NCBI GenBank assembly: GCA_030141605.1
Contig: JAQGDQ010000641.1
Span: 56,338 to 120,337, forward strand
Length of the DNA stretch: 64,000 bases
Direction: 5' to 3'
Source of the DNA: Tubiluchus corallicola
Taxonomy: Eukaryota; Animalia; Priapulida
Position numbers and translations under genes: made by a program
In this document: positions 63,906 to 64,000 of the stretch, in pieces
Layout: the number at the start of each line of letters is the position of its first letter
How positions within the stretch are numbered: position 1 is the stretch's first letter
The notes under the pieces: model-generated
What the model saw: only the letters and a program-made list of their open reading frames with translations
Told to the model about the DNA's origin: nothing
The model's database searches: none

Positions 63906-64000
63906 GTGAAAGCGAAAGTACAGTGCTACTGTAAGAGATGTGTTGTACTAAACCTAAGCAAGTTCTAAGACAAAAATTCAAATCTTTAATTTACTGCTGT

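Overview
AT-rich, repeat-dense eukaryotic DNA, most likely from a bilaterian invertebrate; the species cannot be identified from the sequence. The one host gene I can reconstruct is DSTYK (dual Ser/Thr and Tyr kinase) on the minus strand. It has 14 GT-AG exons from ATG 32148 to TGA 5048, all in phase, with a 2844-nt CDS (947 aa, or 902 aa without the symmetric exon 4). The rest is a mosaic of repeats: hAT MITEs with 8-bp and 6-bp TSDs; Tc1/mariner-pogo, piggyBac-like, Kolobok-like and Academ-like MITEs; a degenerate Ty3/gypsy pol; solo LTRs; RTE and L2/CR1-type LINE remnants; tRNA-SINEs; a 5S-rRNA-headed SINE with a bipartite RTE body; and many mini/microsatellites. Main observations: (1) two minisatellites start at DSTYK exon ends and multiply the 5' splice site, one in frame (39 nt = 13 aa per unit); (2) other minisatellites and one MITE family multiply long motifs resembling CTCF/YY1 and RFX X-box sites; (3) the 5S-RTE chimeric SINE may carry an HDV-like ribozyme relic; (4) a covarying RNA hairpin is shared by diverged LINE 3' tails; (5) the DSTYK N-terminus has a dynamin/mitofusin-like pseudo-GTPase signature. 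All coordinates were read by eye and no database search was possible.
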